Counted from the stretch's first letter, positions 1 to 13,545 are shown. The stretch is 64,000 nucleotides of DNA from Somniosus microcephalus (GCA_052327205.1 CM126222.1:55676001-55740000); one strand, 5' to 3'. Translations and numbers: made by a program. The notes: generated by a model from the sequence alone, not told the origin.

Positions 1-282
1 CTACAGATGCATTCACACCCGTACGACCAGATTTAGGAACAGCTTCTTTCCCAGGGCTGTCATCCTACTGAACTCCACAAATAAACTCTAAAGCCTGCAC
101 ATCTGCCAATGCACTTTATTATGGTTATGTTTATGTTAATATACTACAAGCCAAATGTATGTTGAATGTTTAAATGTCTTAATCCAAATGTACACTCTCG
201 GGAGCCACAAGCCTACATTTCGTTGTACTGCACTTGTGCACTAACAATGACAATAAAAGTTGATTTGATTTGATTTTTGATT
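1..282 (+). mobile_element. Rex1/Babar-type non-LTR retrotransposon, 3' end (truncated by window start)
   Basis: Translates YRCIHTRTTRFRNSFFPRAVILLNST*, followed by a 3' UTR ending aataaaag(ttgat)n. Same family as the minus-strand copy at 61084-62382. Confidence 0.8.
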
Positions 283-973
283 TGACTTTATTGTGTTGCC
301 ACCATGGCCAATGCATTAAAGACGCAATATCTTTGATTGGCGCTGTTGGCAGCAGAATGCTGAATATGGCAGTTCGACCATCAATTTGCCAATTATAAAG
401 GTACAGTTTGAAACCAGCTGGGCTAGACACGTGTTAGAACTGTAAAAAAAAGCTCATATTGTTTTAAAACCAACCATCAGAGACAGAAGGCAGAGTACAG
501 TATTATTTAAAATTAAGTAAAAAAAAAATCATTTTGCACCTTTGAATTTCAGTGCTAAGTTTTTTGCTCTATCTGCTTGTCTGCACTGAGTGCAAGCTTA
601 AATATGAATAGTGCCATTTAAACCTTCCCACCCACTACATTTAAACACACAATCCCAGAGTACATACATTAGGCCTACCTATTTTGTAGTTGGGTCTGAA
701 GCCAGGAGAATCTGTTGAAAGAAAATAAATTTTAAAAAGTAGGATTGTAAATAACTGGAACATACGTTTGAGACACTATTAAAATAAATTCAGTCTAGTT
801 ATATATATTTGGATAGTGAGTGTTAATTTGTTCAGTACACAATTATAGCACAAAGATCATTATTCATTGACACAAGACTTTCTCCAGCTGCACCGACATA
901 AGCACAGGTATGACACAATGCTAAATGCACATGTGTGCACTTTTATAAAAGTGCGCACACAATTAATCCTAAT

Positions 974-1395
974 CTCTCTTCTCTTAGGCAGTCCCTCTGA
1001 ACCGAGGATGACCACATTAAAAATGAGTTCGCAGGTGACTGATGAGTCCAATGCGGGACCTACAGTCTCTGTCACAGGTGGGGCAGATGGTGGTTGAAGG
1101 GGCGGGTGGGTGGGGTGCTTGGGTTGATGTGCGCTCCTTGCGCTGCCTGCGCTTGGCTTCCGCTTGCTCCCGGCGAAGAGACTCGAGGTGTTCGGCGCCT
1201 TCCCGGATGCTTCTCCTCCACTTTGTGCGGTCTTGGGCCAGGGATTCCCAGGTGTCAGTGGGGATGTTGCACTTTTTCAAGGAGGCTTTGAGGGTGTCCT
1301 TGAAGCGTTTCCCCTGTCCACCTGGGGCTCTCTTGCCGTGCCGGAGCTCCGAGTAGAGCGCTTGTTTTGGGAGTCTCGTATCGGGCATGTGGACA
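974..1395 (-). mobile_element. RTE-clade LINE, 5'-truncated 3' fragment
   Basis: ORF 1017-1388 reads RLPKQALYSEL..GKR..RFKDTLK..WE.LA.DR.KW, typical of the RTE ORF C-terminus, ending in a C2H2-like CPTC..HLRTH motif. Short 3' UTR with an (AAGAG)-type tail. Confidence 0.8.
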
Positions 1396-4129
1396 AAGCA
1401 AGTGTCAGCAATTTATAAAAGACACACACAGTATTAATCTTCTGGATAAATAGAAACTCTACTGTTAGCCTTACAAATGGTTCAGCTTGCACTTTGAGGG
1501 ATGAAATATTCGTGGGCTTGTTAGAAAGCAGAAAGGAAACTCAAATGAAAATAAAAGAAACCAAAGACATTTTCAAGTGACATATTGCATGGAGGTTTAT
1601 AAAGTAGATTTGAAGGGATTGAATTAATATCTCAATGGTGCGCCTGTTCCCATGTCAAAGGCTGATGCAACTGTGGAATTTTAATGATTGAACAAATTAC
1701 ACGTTTAACCCCTCAGCAATGTCACAGTTTGCTAGCTCTGCATTATTTAGATTTATTGCCTAATCTGTTATTCCCTCACCAAGGCAGATGATTTCACAGT
1801 AGACATTAATTATTAATCACTGATGTAATTTTAATGCCAATATCTACAATATTTAACTATCAAGTATGATATTTCAAGCAATATCCAAAATCAAAATCTC
1901 ATTCACATGATGAGCATTTTCTAGAGAAACTACTTGAATTTATAAAGGTTACAAGAATTTTTTTTAAAAACCAGGATGAGTGCAATCTAGCTCCAGGCTC
2001 TGTCTACCCATATATGGACTGTTTGGTGGAACTGAGCCAAAATTACGGTTTAATGGTTTAGGCTGGGCGATTATTTCATTTTTGAGTTGCAAATGGGAGA
2101 TTGGAATTCAGCCAAGTTGTTTCTTTCACTGAGCTGGAGGAGACAACAGAGATTTTGTGGTTTAGATTTGGCAGCAAGTTGTCCTCTCACCCCAGCGGAA
2201 AAATGCTATTTAACCTGAAGAATGTCCGCAGACTGATTTTCGACAGAGCCGGGGAGACATGGCTTCCAGCTCTTCGGTAATTCTTTCTTTGCACAAGTTT
2301 TGCAATTGTGACGCTCCTTCGCTTCAAAACCTGTGGGATCGTCCAAAACTTACAAGAAAGATGCTGCACAATTTCCTGCTCTTATTTCTTGGGTCAATTT
2401 TTGTCATCCGCATTAATTTCAGGATGTGCTTTTGGCAAATCGCAGATTTATGGGCTGGGCAATATTAGCACATGAGCATGTAATGCATTTGTATGCTATT
2501 TTAACAAAGACAATAACCATTAGAATTGCAAACAGTTTTGCCCCATTAGGCTTAGAAACAAATGGTGTTCGAGCAATGAGTGACTGACTTGTAAAAAAAA
2601 AAAATTAGTCCCACAACAATAGCCAATTGTTTCATATGGCATGGATTCGAAATGCTGCCGTCACTCTCTATGCCACTGGGACTTTTAAAACAGCAACAGA
2701 CCAACATTTTCCTTTGCACTGGTCTTGGAGCCATGCTTGTTTAACATTTAGTGCTGCACACACCATCCCTTTTATTGCTAGTTTGTTTTCTTGCTCCAAC
2801 ATGTTGTTCTCATGCTTCGGGACCTCCTCTGTCAAAAAAAAGGCCTGCTTCTTTCTGTGAGAAACTTATTCTGCCACATGAAAACGTCTTCAGTCAGCAT
2901 ATTTCAAACCACCACAAACTCAGCACGCTTTCAAATGGACAACTCATATAGCACTCGCACCAATAATAAAACTTTAGGTAGTCTCTTATTGCTAAATTAA
3001 TTTATGTTTGCGACTAGCATTAGACGAGCACAAATAAGTAAGTGGTCCCTTTTCATTTTGCTCGCTTGAACAAGATTCCCCACATTTTGAAAGCTCCATT
3101 GCTCAAAGGGCTTCATCGCATTGCCCAGGTTGGACTGAACCTTACTCTGAGCTCTCATTCTGTGCCTACGTTAACTTTGTTTTTTGCTAAAATTATCAAA
3201 GAAGGAATTTCATCCCTTAGAATGTCTAAATCAGGTAGCAATTCTAATTTTTAAAACTCTATAATATGAACAACATACTCAGCAATAAAGATAATAATTT
3301 GCCCTTTTTTGAATTTTTGCCTAATAATTTCTCAGACAAGCGTAATTTGTTCCCTTTAAAAATATAACTTATGCCCTACTTCAAGGAACAGTTGAGAGTT
3401 TAAGGTATCCTTTAGAATATGAGCAATGCACAAGCTTTCTTCTCTGTACAGGTGACCTAGATATTGGAGATGTGCAAACCATCCCATAAATCGATTGTCC
3501 AAATCTCCTAAGCAAAAGTGCTGAAAATTTATAAAACAGCCAACTCTGATATACATTCTGATGAAACATTTACCTTAAACGTTCAACCGCTGCTAGCTTT
3601 ATTAAAAATAATAAAGTTTTATGTAAAAATTCTATGGAATATTATATAGTAAGACTATGGTAACATAATCCTACCTGGAAGATGTATTGGAAGGAGTAAG
3701 CAATGTCAAGCTGGTGAAAAAAAGAATTCAATGGTGCAAGCTTAATTTCGTCACAGTGCTCTCAGAAGTGGCTCAGAACTCCCGACGGAGGATTTTAATT
3801 GTACATAAACTAATGAAATTTCCTTTTTTGTTAAGATTCCCTTTAAGGCCCCCGTGGGCCTTGTGGGGTAATTCATGTGAATTTATTAACTTAACAGCAT
3901 GGGATGTTTCCAATAATGAATATTATTTATGATGAAAGACATCATTACTTGGTTTTACCACTTTCATTTTCTTGCTTCTAAGAAATAAAGCAGATTATTA
4001 GGTCTTTTAAAACTAAAATGTACTTTGTGATACTGTCCACTCTATTTTTGCCATCATCTTGGCACAACAATGATTATTCAAACTGTGTTTGCCAATCCAG
4101 TTACATCCAAGTCGGGCTATATGCAATTT

Positions 4130-5640
4130 ATTCCCTTTTCTCTCATTTTAACTCCTTGTCATTTACCAAGCCACATGCTAACTTCTTTACCGAGATGTCT
4201 TCCCTTGGTTTCTGACCCGAGCAACTCCTCGTTCTCAGTGGTTTCAACCTGCATCTCAAACCCTCGCTCCACTGATTCCTGTACTACCTCAACTCGTCCT
4301 TCTTGTAAGCTCTCCGACCCACAACCTTGGCCACCCCTCAGCCTCACCATCTCATGGACTCTCTAAGCCTGAGGTCTCCTGAACGCATTCTCAAAAAAAA
4401 AACAACCATTACCTATCCAGCCTCTCCGTCGACCACCCTATCTCTAACCTCTAAGATCTTTGAACATGTCATCATGTCCCAGCTCCGTGCCCATTTGTCC
4501 CGAAACCCCAGCTTGAACTCCTCCAATCCCGCTTCCACCCTTCTCCAAGTACCTATACAGGCCTAGACAAAGTCATAGAGAACATCCTATGTTACTATGA
4601 TCGTGGTGCATTATCGCTCATTACACTCCTTAACCTATATGCAGTGTTTGATATGGTAGGTCATGCATCTCCTCCAATGCCTCTCTTCTATCAGCCAGCT
4701 CCCTGGGACTGGCCTGGAATGGTTCCATTCCTACCTATTTGAACTCAGCCAGGGTAGCTCCAGCAATGGCTTCTCTTCTCACTCCACACCAAGGATCTGT
4801 CCTGGCATTCGCTTCCTGATGTATATGCTGCCGCTTGAGGTCTGCATTCACATGTACACTGATGATACATAGGAACAGAAGTAGGCCATTCAGCCTCTTG
4901 AGCCTGTTCCACCATTTAATGAGATCGTGGCTGATCTATATCTTAACTCCGTCTAACCTGCCTTGGCTCCATATCATTTTATACCCTTGTCCACCAGTAA
5001 ATCTATATGATCTCAGATTTAAAATTATTAATTGAGCTAGCATCTATTGCTTTTTGTGAGAGAGAGTTCTGCCCTTCTACCACCCATTGTGTGAAGAAGT
5101 GTTTCCTAACTTCTCTCCTGAATGGCCTGGCTCTGATTTTAAGGTGATGTCCCCTTGACCTAGACTCCCCCGCTACCAGAAAAAGTTTCTCTCCATCTAC
5201 CCTATCAATTCCTTTCAAAATCTTAAAAACCTCAATCAAATCACCCCTTCTATATTCCAGGGAATACAAACCTAGTTTATGTAATCTCTCCTCATAATCT
5301 AACCCTTGGAGCCCTGGTAACATTCTGGTGAATTTGCGCTGTATTCCTTCCAAGGACAATATAGTTTTTCTAATGTGCGGTGCTGAGAACTGTACACAAT
5401 ACTCCAGCTGTGGTCGAACCAGGGCTTTGTGTAGCTGTAGCAAACCCATTACAACAGTGACGACGCTTTCAGCTAAACATCAGGAAGACTTTAAGTGCCC
5501 ATTTGTCCCATTTAACCGTCTTTAACACCCCCCCAGCCCCCGCAATGTAAAGTCCATTCTCTTGCTCCTGACTGCATCGCTTTTCCCAGCCATGCCCTCG
5601 GGAGCTGGAGTATACCATTCGCCCCAAGCTGAGTTTGAAC
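4130..5640 (+). mobile_element. Decayed L2-like LINE remnant, split by a CR1 insertion (4869-5447)
   Basis: Broken RT motifs (SKIFEHV, LEWFHSYL, HMYTDDT) similar to the L2 at 49830-51511; pyrimidine-rich L2-like sequence resumes after the CR1. Confidence 0.6.
4869..5447 (-). mobile_element. CR1 LINE 3' fragment
   Basis: LVRPQLEYCVQF..RGDLIEVFKI..FFTQ CR1 ORF2 C-terminus plus the conserved 3' UTR (gaatggcctacttctg tail). Confidence 0.9.
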
Positions 5641-5969
5641 TGAATATGACATGATTTCTCTATTTATCTGTGTACAAGAGTTTTTATTTCGCCATTTGTT
5701 AACATTAGCCGGTTTGTCTTTTCTTTCTTTAAATCTTAATGAATACCTAAACCTTTACAATACCCTGAAAGTGAACTTTCGAATGAAAGTTTAGACATTA
5801 CAGTAACTTCTGGAGTACAAGTCACACTTTCGTTCATGCTGTTACATTCCCTAAACACTGGGACATGATATATGCATGTGTGATATACATACCTAATATG
5901 GGTTCACCAGATTTTACGGTTCTTAAGATTGTTAATTGATGTGCTGACTTCCCTCTCCCTCATTTTCCA

Positions 5970-6760
5970 AGCGAGTAAACGATTCAAACTAGGAATAGGT
6001 CATTTTGGGACTAATATCAGAAAGTTCTTCATATATGGCGTGGTCAACACTTGGATGGAGTTCTGGGTAAAGTGATGCAGGTGAAAACCCTGGAATCATT
6101 TAAGAAACAATGGGGGGAACATTTTGTCTGGGCCCATTACCCAAACCGAGAAGCCTGAGACTCAATTTCAGCCTCTGGGTTAACATTTTATGCACGAGCT
6201 GCTGGCGCTTGACTTGCTCGCCACAGGCAGCGGCCTGAATAGGAGGGGTGTTGGAGCAGGCAACGGGGAGGAGCGATAATGATAACTTTGGAGTCACGGG
6301 GCGTATTCTTGCTTCTCCTGGCTCCACAGAAAGGTTTTTTAAAAATGTTGTTTAAAATAAAAACGTAATCTTTTGTTGGCGGCCGCTGCTTAGGTGGCAG
6401 TAGCCACTTAAGAATCTTGAGTGGCGCAGGCTCGGTGTCTGCCCCCTTCTTTGCTGTCCAAGTACTGTGAGGGGACCTAAAGTAAACATTAGGCCGCTCA
6501 TCTACATATTTAAGGGACCCAACACCTGACGGGCCCCTGAAAAATGACTCCACTAAACTTTGGGTCAGATGTTTGTCAGGATTCTTTGCAGTGCCAAAGG
6601 TGGGCCTCACTGCACTTGTTTTGTGTCTGTGAAATGGGTACAATGAGGTCCAATTCTACCCCAATGAGATGCAGCAACGGAAGGCGTGCAAGGTTGTTCT
6701 AGATCGCTGAATTACGATGGGCCAAATGGCCTCCCTCATCTGTAAGTATCTTATAAACGT
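5970..6760 (+). mobile_element. Old CR1 3' remnant interrupted by a MITE
   Basis: Degenerate RKFF..VVNTW-like sequence before 6111 and the CR1 tail gatgggccaaatggcctccc after 6665. Confidence 0.5.
6112..6662. mobile_element. MITE, PIF/Harbinger-like
   Basis: Termini ggggggaacatt / aattctacccc (diverged TIR), 3-bp TSD AAT on both sides, and it splits a CR1 remnant. Confidence 0.55.
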
Positions 6761-7848
6761 GGGGTTCTTATTTTAATGAATCGGATCAAACGTAATGCCG
6801 CTTTCTTTGGCTTGGAGCTGAAAATCTGGTTGTGATTTCAGTTTGTTACATAAGTTTAGTCTGGTGGCTTGACCGAACTTTAATCACTTAAGCAGGGCTC
6901 AACTTTACTTAGGAAGGAGACAGCAGTGAAGGACTGTGAGCAGAAGAGCATTGAAAGCTAAGAGGTTCAGCGGGTCACTGCTTTGTTACATTCATCCATA
7001 TATGTTAGTTGAGCACATGTCAGGCTAGCCAAAGTGGGTCTCAAGTACCAGGAAAAAGAATGATAGCCCGCACGGCAGTGATTTTGGGCAGAATGATTAC
7101 ATTCATTGAGCACATTCAAATTATATTTTAATAACAATAACTTTGGGGCTTTAAGTATACGATATCCCTCTATGGTTTCTTTAGGCTCTATTGTAAGGTG
7201 GAAACAGAAAACAACAGATCTTTACAATTTTAAGCCACAGCCATATAAAACTCCCTATAAAACTCTTTCACTGGCTTAGAAGTAAAAGAAACTGCTCAAC
7301 CTGTACTTTTAAAAAATTTTGATAATGAAAATAGCAACAGCACAGAAAAAAATCTGCCACGAGTTATGTTTATGTTCTCATAAAAACTATATGGTGGCAC
7401 TTGCGTTTTGAAGCAAACATTAAGAGCCTTTTCAGACAACAGAAACATTTTAATGAAACAAATTGAGAATACTTGACTCTAGTGATGTTTTTAATTAAAG
7501 CCGACGTTACAGAGACCAAACCAGTAGCACTGGTTATTCTCAGCAGAATCCACCTGTCACTTTTGAGATGGGTTTTGTCAGTTCGTTGCCTGGCCACTAT
7601 TTCGAATCATGCCTGACTGAAGAGGCAAGTTTCCACTCGGGAGGGAAAACCGGCATTACGACGTCCACAGGTCCTGTTGGCAGCATGGGAGATTATGGAG
7701 TGGCCATGGTGGCGTCGATGGAAATATCCCGGCCTCCCAGCCAAAGGGAGCCAGCCCCGTGGAAGCAGGAGGCCTAATGAGTGATAATATTGGAAAAGTA
7801 GGAGAAGGGAGGGGCCGTGTCAGTCGTTTTGCAGGTGTGAACTGCAGA

Positions 7849-8545
7849 CATAAGAACATAAGAAATAGGAGCAGGAATAGACCACGTGGCCCCTCGAGCC
7901 TGCTCCGCCATTCAATAAGATCATGGCTGATCTTGGGCTCAAAGCCACTTCCCTGCCCGCTCCCCATAACCCTTCACTCCCTTATCTTGTAAAAATCTGT
8001 CTATCTCCACCTTAAATGTATTTAATGGCCCAGCCTCCACAGCTCGCTGGGGCAGAGAATTCCACAGATTTATGACCCTCTGAGAGAAGAAATTCCTCCT
8101 CATCACAGTTCTAAAAGGTCGCCCCTTTATTCTGAAACTATGCCCCTGCGTTCTAGATTTCACATCCTCTCTGCATCTGCCTTGTCGAGCCCCCTCAGTA
8201 TCTTATATGTTTCAATAAGATCACCTCTCATTCTTCTAAATTCCAATGAGTATAGGCCCAACCTGCTCAACCTATCTTCATAAGTCAACCCCCTCATCTC
8301 AGGAATCAACCATGTGAATCGTCTCTGAACTGCCTCCAATGCAAGTATATCTTTCCTTAAATAAGGAGGCCAAAACTGTACGCAGTACTCCAGGTGTGGT
8401 CTCACCAACACCCTGTACAGTTGTAGCAGGACTTCCCTGCTTTTACACTCCAACAACCCCCTTGCAATAAAGGCCAACATTCCATTTGCCTTTTTGATTA
8501 CTTGCTGCACCTGCATGCTAACTTTTTGTGTTTCATGCACAAGGA
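7849..8545 (-). mobile_element. CR1 LINE 3' fragment
   Basis: QVQQVIKKANGML..LVRPHLEYCVQFW..RGDLIETYKI and RNFFSQRVINLWNSLP, with a (ttcttatg)n-type tail. Confidence 0.92.
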
Positions 8546-10109
8546 CTGGCTTATCTGGCAGAGGGTCTCCTGTGGTGACCCGGAAAGACCCTGCTGCAGT
8601 GCAGCTTAATGGCGTGGTGACCTCGATGGCAACAGGAAGAGCTGTACAAGGCCTAGGGGCCGTCCATGTAGCTCGACCACTACATCGCCGGTGAAAGCAT
8701 AAGCGGGAGTGCAGCACAGCAAAATTAGGCTTCAGCAAAAAGGAAGCACTAGGAAACAAAAAAAAGTGTGCAAGATGTTCATTGCAGAAATAATGAAATG
8801 CTTCCCAGCGCAAAAGTTGAAATTCTAAATGCAGCCTCCAAAGCTACAACCTCCCTTTAAGAAGCATTACTAAGCAGGCCTCACCTGCTCAGTCGTCTTG
8901 CGCAGAGCTTCTATGGGTGAGATGAACGCTGTGATTCACGTGGGACCTATGTGACATAATTTCCGCATGGTAATGAGGCCCGTGAATGCTGGTAGCACAG
9001 CCTCACTTTCAAGCCCCAAAAACACTAGATCTAAAATCCGGTGTGCTCAAATCAGGCATGCAAGGTCACGTACCCAATTCCTGAACCACCAGCATGACCT
9101 CAGGAAATTTACCCCAGTGTGTTTTGTATGTTAGCTAATTGCAACCTTGTTTACTTGCTTTGTTCAATCAATGGTCAAATCAAATCAGGAGTCTGGGATG
9201 CCCTTACATATTAAAAAATTTTAGTTGTGAAGAGTTCAACTCACCATATTATCATTTACTCTGTAAGACTATTTGCTTGTCGCCTTGCTTGACTGGAGAT
9301 AGCTGAGAGGTCAGTTTTATGTCTTTGAACCCCACCGTGACCAACGGCTGTATTTGTTTGAGGAAACACCATTTTGATTCACTTTTTTTGGGAATGGTTG
9401 AAAGACTTGAGCTCAAGTAACCCAGTTATCCCAGCGAAGGGAAATCCCATGGGAGTCTGTGAGGAAGGGGGTTGATTGGCAGATCCTTGCCCAGGCAGAA
9501 TGATAACTTGGGGCCATCTTTCCCAGTTCTATCTTTTATCACTGCAACATAGCTCATGTAGCGGTGCTGATTTGTAATGACCTATGCTGCTCTTCTCAGA
9601 GTTCCATAGATCATTACAAATCAGCACATTCAAGAGTTACACCATGGCTGCCAGTCCAGGTATAGTATTATTGGTAGAGTTAGCACAACATCATGTCTTT
9701 TGGGCGGGCGGGGGGGGAGGGGGGCGGTTTGCTCAACGAGGAAATATAAGTTAACATTTCTGTAAAAATTGTGTAAACTGCTGTGCGCCAATGATGTAAA
9801 ATAGTTTTACTGTTAAATCATCAGTGAGTATAACTCTGAATGTGTTAAATCGAGTGGCTGCCGAAAAATATAGTGGTCTCACATGATTCAGGGAATCTGC
9901 AAGAAAGCCTGACCAGCAGGATGAAGGCCTTTTCTCATTCTGACTCCAGCCACTACAAGCAGTAGCCATTATGAAACAATTCTGACACCATCTTTGATAC
10001 AAATCGCTCAACAGCATTTGCAATAAAACTGTAACGGTTTCAAAAGGTGCATATTTTGTTACAATAAAAGGCTTTAGTGTATCTTTAAAAGTTTTTAAAC
10101 AGATTTTTA

Positions 10110-11690
10110 CTGTTTAATATGTGAGGGCATCTGGTGTACAGATGATGAACATTGAGTGTGAGAGAGCTTCACTGTATACAGAGCAGTCTCCGTTAAAGGA
10201 CAGCTATATTAATTTGATATGCCCCCTAGTCCTAGAATCCCCAACCAGCGGAAAGAGTTTCTCTCTATCTACCCTATCTGTTCTCCTTAATATCTTGAAA
10301 ACTTCGATCAGATCACCCCTTAACCTTCTAAATTCTAGGGAATACAACCCTAATTTGTGTAATCTCTCCTCGTAACTTAACCCTTGAAGTCCGGGTATCA
10401 TTCTGGTAAACTTACGCTGCACTCCCTCCAAGGCCAATATATCCTTCCTAAGGTGTGGTGCCCAGAACTGCTCACAGTACTCCAGATGTGGTCTAACCAG
10501 GGTTTTGTATAGCTGCAGCATAACTTCTACCCCCTTGTATTCTAGTCCTCTAGCTATAAAGGCCAGCATCCCATTAGCCTTTTTGATTATTTTCTGTATC
10601 TGTTCATGACATTTTAATGGTCGATGTACCTGGGCCCCCAAGTCCCTTTGCCCATTCACTTAATCTGTCGATATCCCTTTGTAATTTTATGCTTCCATCT
10701 ACACTGCCTACAAATTTACCTATCTTTGTGTCATTGGCAAATCTGGATATATGACTTTCTATGCCATCATCTAAGACATTAATAAATGCTGTGAATAGTT
10801 GAGGCCCCAACACAGATCCCTACGGGACACCACTAGTCACATCCTGCCAATTTGAGTACTTACCCATTATCCCTACTGCCTGTCTCCTGCCGCTCAGCCA
10901 ATTTCCTAACCAGGTCAATAATTTGCCCTCAATTCCTTAGTTAACAGTCTCTTATGTGGGACTTTATCAAATGCCTTCTGGAAGTCCGTATAAATAGATA
11001 TTCCCCTATCCACTACTTTAGTCACCTCTTCAAAAAATTCAATCAGATTTGTCAGGCATGACCTACCTTTCACAAATCTATGCTGGCTCGCTCTCTGATC
11101 AACGGAAAATTTTTGAGGTGTTCAGTCACCCTATCCTTAATGATAGACTGTAGCAATTTCCCGACAGCAGATGTTAGACTAACTGGTCTATAATTCCCTG
11201 GTTTCCCTCTCTCACTTTTTTAAATAGCAGAGTGACTTGTGCAATTTTCCAATCTAAAGGAACGGTTCATATGAATAATGTCATAGGCATGAGTGGTCTG
11301 CATATGTTTTTCTCACAAGACAGTAAAAATTACAGTTTCAGTAGCTTATTATTGAGTTTTCTAATTCTGCCGCAAGTTTTTGGAAGGGTTCTGGAGAGGT
11401 GAAATTAGAGTGAATCTAAAGTATTTTTCGTATTGCATAGTGGTTTTTTTTTGGGGTGTGCTATTGTCTGAAGAGATCAGAAGCATCATTAGTGCGTGGA
11501 AAGATGTTAAGTGATGTTCATGTGAAGAATCCTGTATGTGTGCATCTCTGTCTATGTGGGTAGTGGAATAACCGTCAGCTGAGCCGTGGTATCTGTGGTC
11601 TTCTGTAGGAATGTGGATTGAGGAATGAGAAAGGGGCCTGTAAAGGTGGGGGAGGAGTGAACAGTCTATTGGGTTAGAGATTTGAGGCAA
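10110..11690 (-). mobile_element. Possible ancient Penelope-like element remnant, split by CR1 10216-11268
   Basis: Weak translated similarity only: RY..DRDAHIQD resembles the Penelope/Neptune RY.RICS...DRD.HL.D motif, and HHLYTRCPHILN near 10115-10150 resembles the C-terminal L.T..P.GLN motif. Confidence 0.3.
10216..11268 (-). mobile_element. CR1 LINE internal fragment (RT region, with deletions)
   Basis: LGPQLF..FANDTK, LVRPHLEYC and RGDLIEVFKI motifs in ORFs 10204-10659 and 10604-10813. Confidence 0.9.
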
Positions 11691-13359
11691 CTTTTATGGC
11701 AATGAAGACGACACAGCAGAACTATTATTTAACAGTAAATAAAAACAGTGAGCTAAAAAAGCTGTTCAACCGAAATCAACACAGTTTCCATCTAAAACTG
11801 TGGAAATGATATTTTTACCCATCTTGAATATGCTGTAACAATAACAGCAAAACTAGAGCTCGCTCACATTAAACACTAAGGGAACAAATCTTACAGTATT
11901 TACAAAGTATTTGTCCAGAAGCCCATCAAATTTGCAGCAACCTTCATTGTGTTGATTGTGAAAGGGTTTTCATGTTTGTGTCTTACTTGCTGGTTGACGG
12001 CAGAAAGTTTATTCAATATCTAAATTGTCTTCATAAAGAGCAGCTTTGATATGGGTTCAGAATGCTGGTGTAATTTGATGATTAATGCTTTGGGCGGGAC
12101 GAGTTGCTGTTACGAGAGGGTTATTGAAACTATTGAGTCTTCCGTAGGAGTTCATGCTCTGCAAGTTTTTATATCTGGCTTCTTAAGTGATTTGGTTTGT
12201 AGGTACTTCTACATCCTTCAGATCTGTACTAGAAAAATGAAAAATTTAAAAACAATGCAGAATCTTAACTCCCTCTGTAATATCTCCATCACACATGGAA
12301 CTTCTCAGGCCTACTCCAGAAGGACAAACAGAGCAGATAGTTGTATCGTGTCTTAAACCGATGCAAAATCACATTGCCCTCTATTTAAACCCTTTTAAAT
12401 GTATTATAATGATTAAATTAAGGTCTTGCATCTGGGCAGAGATCTGTTGCGAGTTATCACCCCGATTACCTGACTCCAGCACCTCAGGCAACAGCAATCA
12501 GAAAACTTACCTTACCAAGTAATTACATTGGTTTAAATGTCTCAGTAACCTAGAAAAGAAATATCCTGATCTGGGTTCATGACCTATATCTACTTTTAGT
12601 TGCGAGGGTAAGGTGTGTGCAGATTTTTGCAAAGAATAGACATTCCAATGCGTTGATCCCAAAACCAAAGGTGACTATAATTTCCCACTCTATTAGCAGT
12701 TTCTCTGGAGTGTTGTGGAGTTTTTCACTAATAATATTAGCAAAGAGAGAAAAATCTATTCCATTTGTGCAGAATCCCTCTTCAGTGATATTATGAATTT
12801 CCATTCCAGTGACACCATGCTGTCACTGGAACAAAAGTTAATAATAATCTACTTATGCGTAACATCTGCTCCCAGGCAATCTTTAACTATGAGTTTTAAA
12901 CACAGAAAAATTAAACAAGGGGCAAGTGAGAGCCACTATCAACCAAAATTACACCAGTATTTCTTTTTTACAATATTGAGGATTATGTGGCAATTCAATA
13001 AATACATTTGCACATTAATAGTAGCAAAGCTGACAACTTGGTAGGTCTTGAATCTGTTGAGATGTTTCTAATCAATATTGTTTTAAACAATCTCAATGCC
13101 AGGATTTAAGAATAAATGATTCACCTCTTTTTACAGATAGCTTACATTAGCGGATACATTTATAGTTAGTACAATAAGAGGCTATAGTTACTGGTATATC
13201 TATAGAATAAAAAGTTTTGGATTTGGTATGTATGTGTCCATAGTGTCACAGCTCTAAAAGGTGCCACAAGTCTCAAAGGTGTTGCATATCTGTATCACAA
13301 TCAATCATGACTGGCATAAATAACCTCCATCTGTTACGTTAACCATGCTGATTGACTCA

Positions 13360-13545
13360 ATATATCAAATATATTCAAGAAGGAGTTACATATATTTCTT
13401 AAGGCAAAGGGGATCAAGGGATATGGGGAGAAAGCAGGGACAGGGTACTGAATTTGGATGATCAGCCATGATCGCATTGAATGACGAAACAGGCTCGAGG
13501 GGCCGAATGGCCTACTCCTGCTCCTATCTTCTATGTTTCTATATG
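13360..13545 (+). mobile_element. CR1 3' tail fragment, similar to the 3' end of 19121-22262
   Basis: IFKKELHIFLKAKGIKGYGEKAGTGY* followed by 3' UTR gccgaatggcctactcctgctcctatcttctatgt. Confidence 0.85.

Noticed and set aside
3675-3710. 36-bp minus-strand segment with good splice sites, a candidate PDGF exon 3
   Set aside because: Immediate stop in the phase-1 frame required after exon 2; no furin site or PDGF similarity.
7560-9116. Possible MITE hosting the CR1 at 7849-8545
   Set aside because: A right-end-like aaatttacccc is present, but I could not identify a matching left TIR or TSD.
9245-9347. Minus-strand AG..GTGAGT segment of exon 3-like size
   Set aside because: In-frame stop before the donor, weak polypyrimidine tract and no R-X-K/R-R site.
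12511-12549. Minus-strand micro-exon-like segment with strong acceptor and gtaagt donor
   Set aside because: Stop codon in the required frame; no support as a coding exon.
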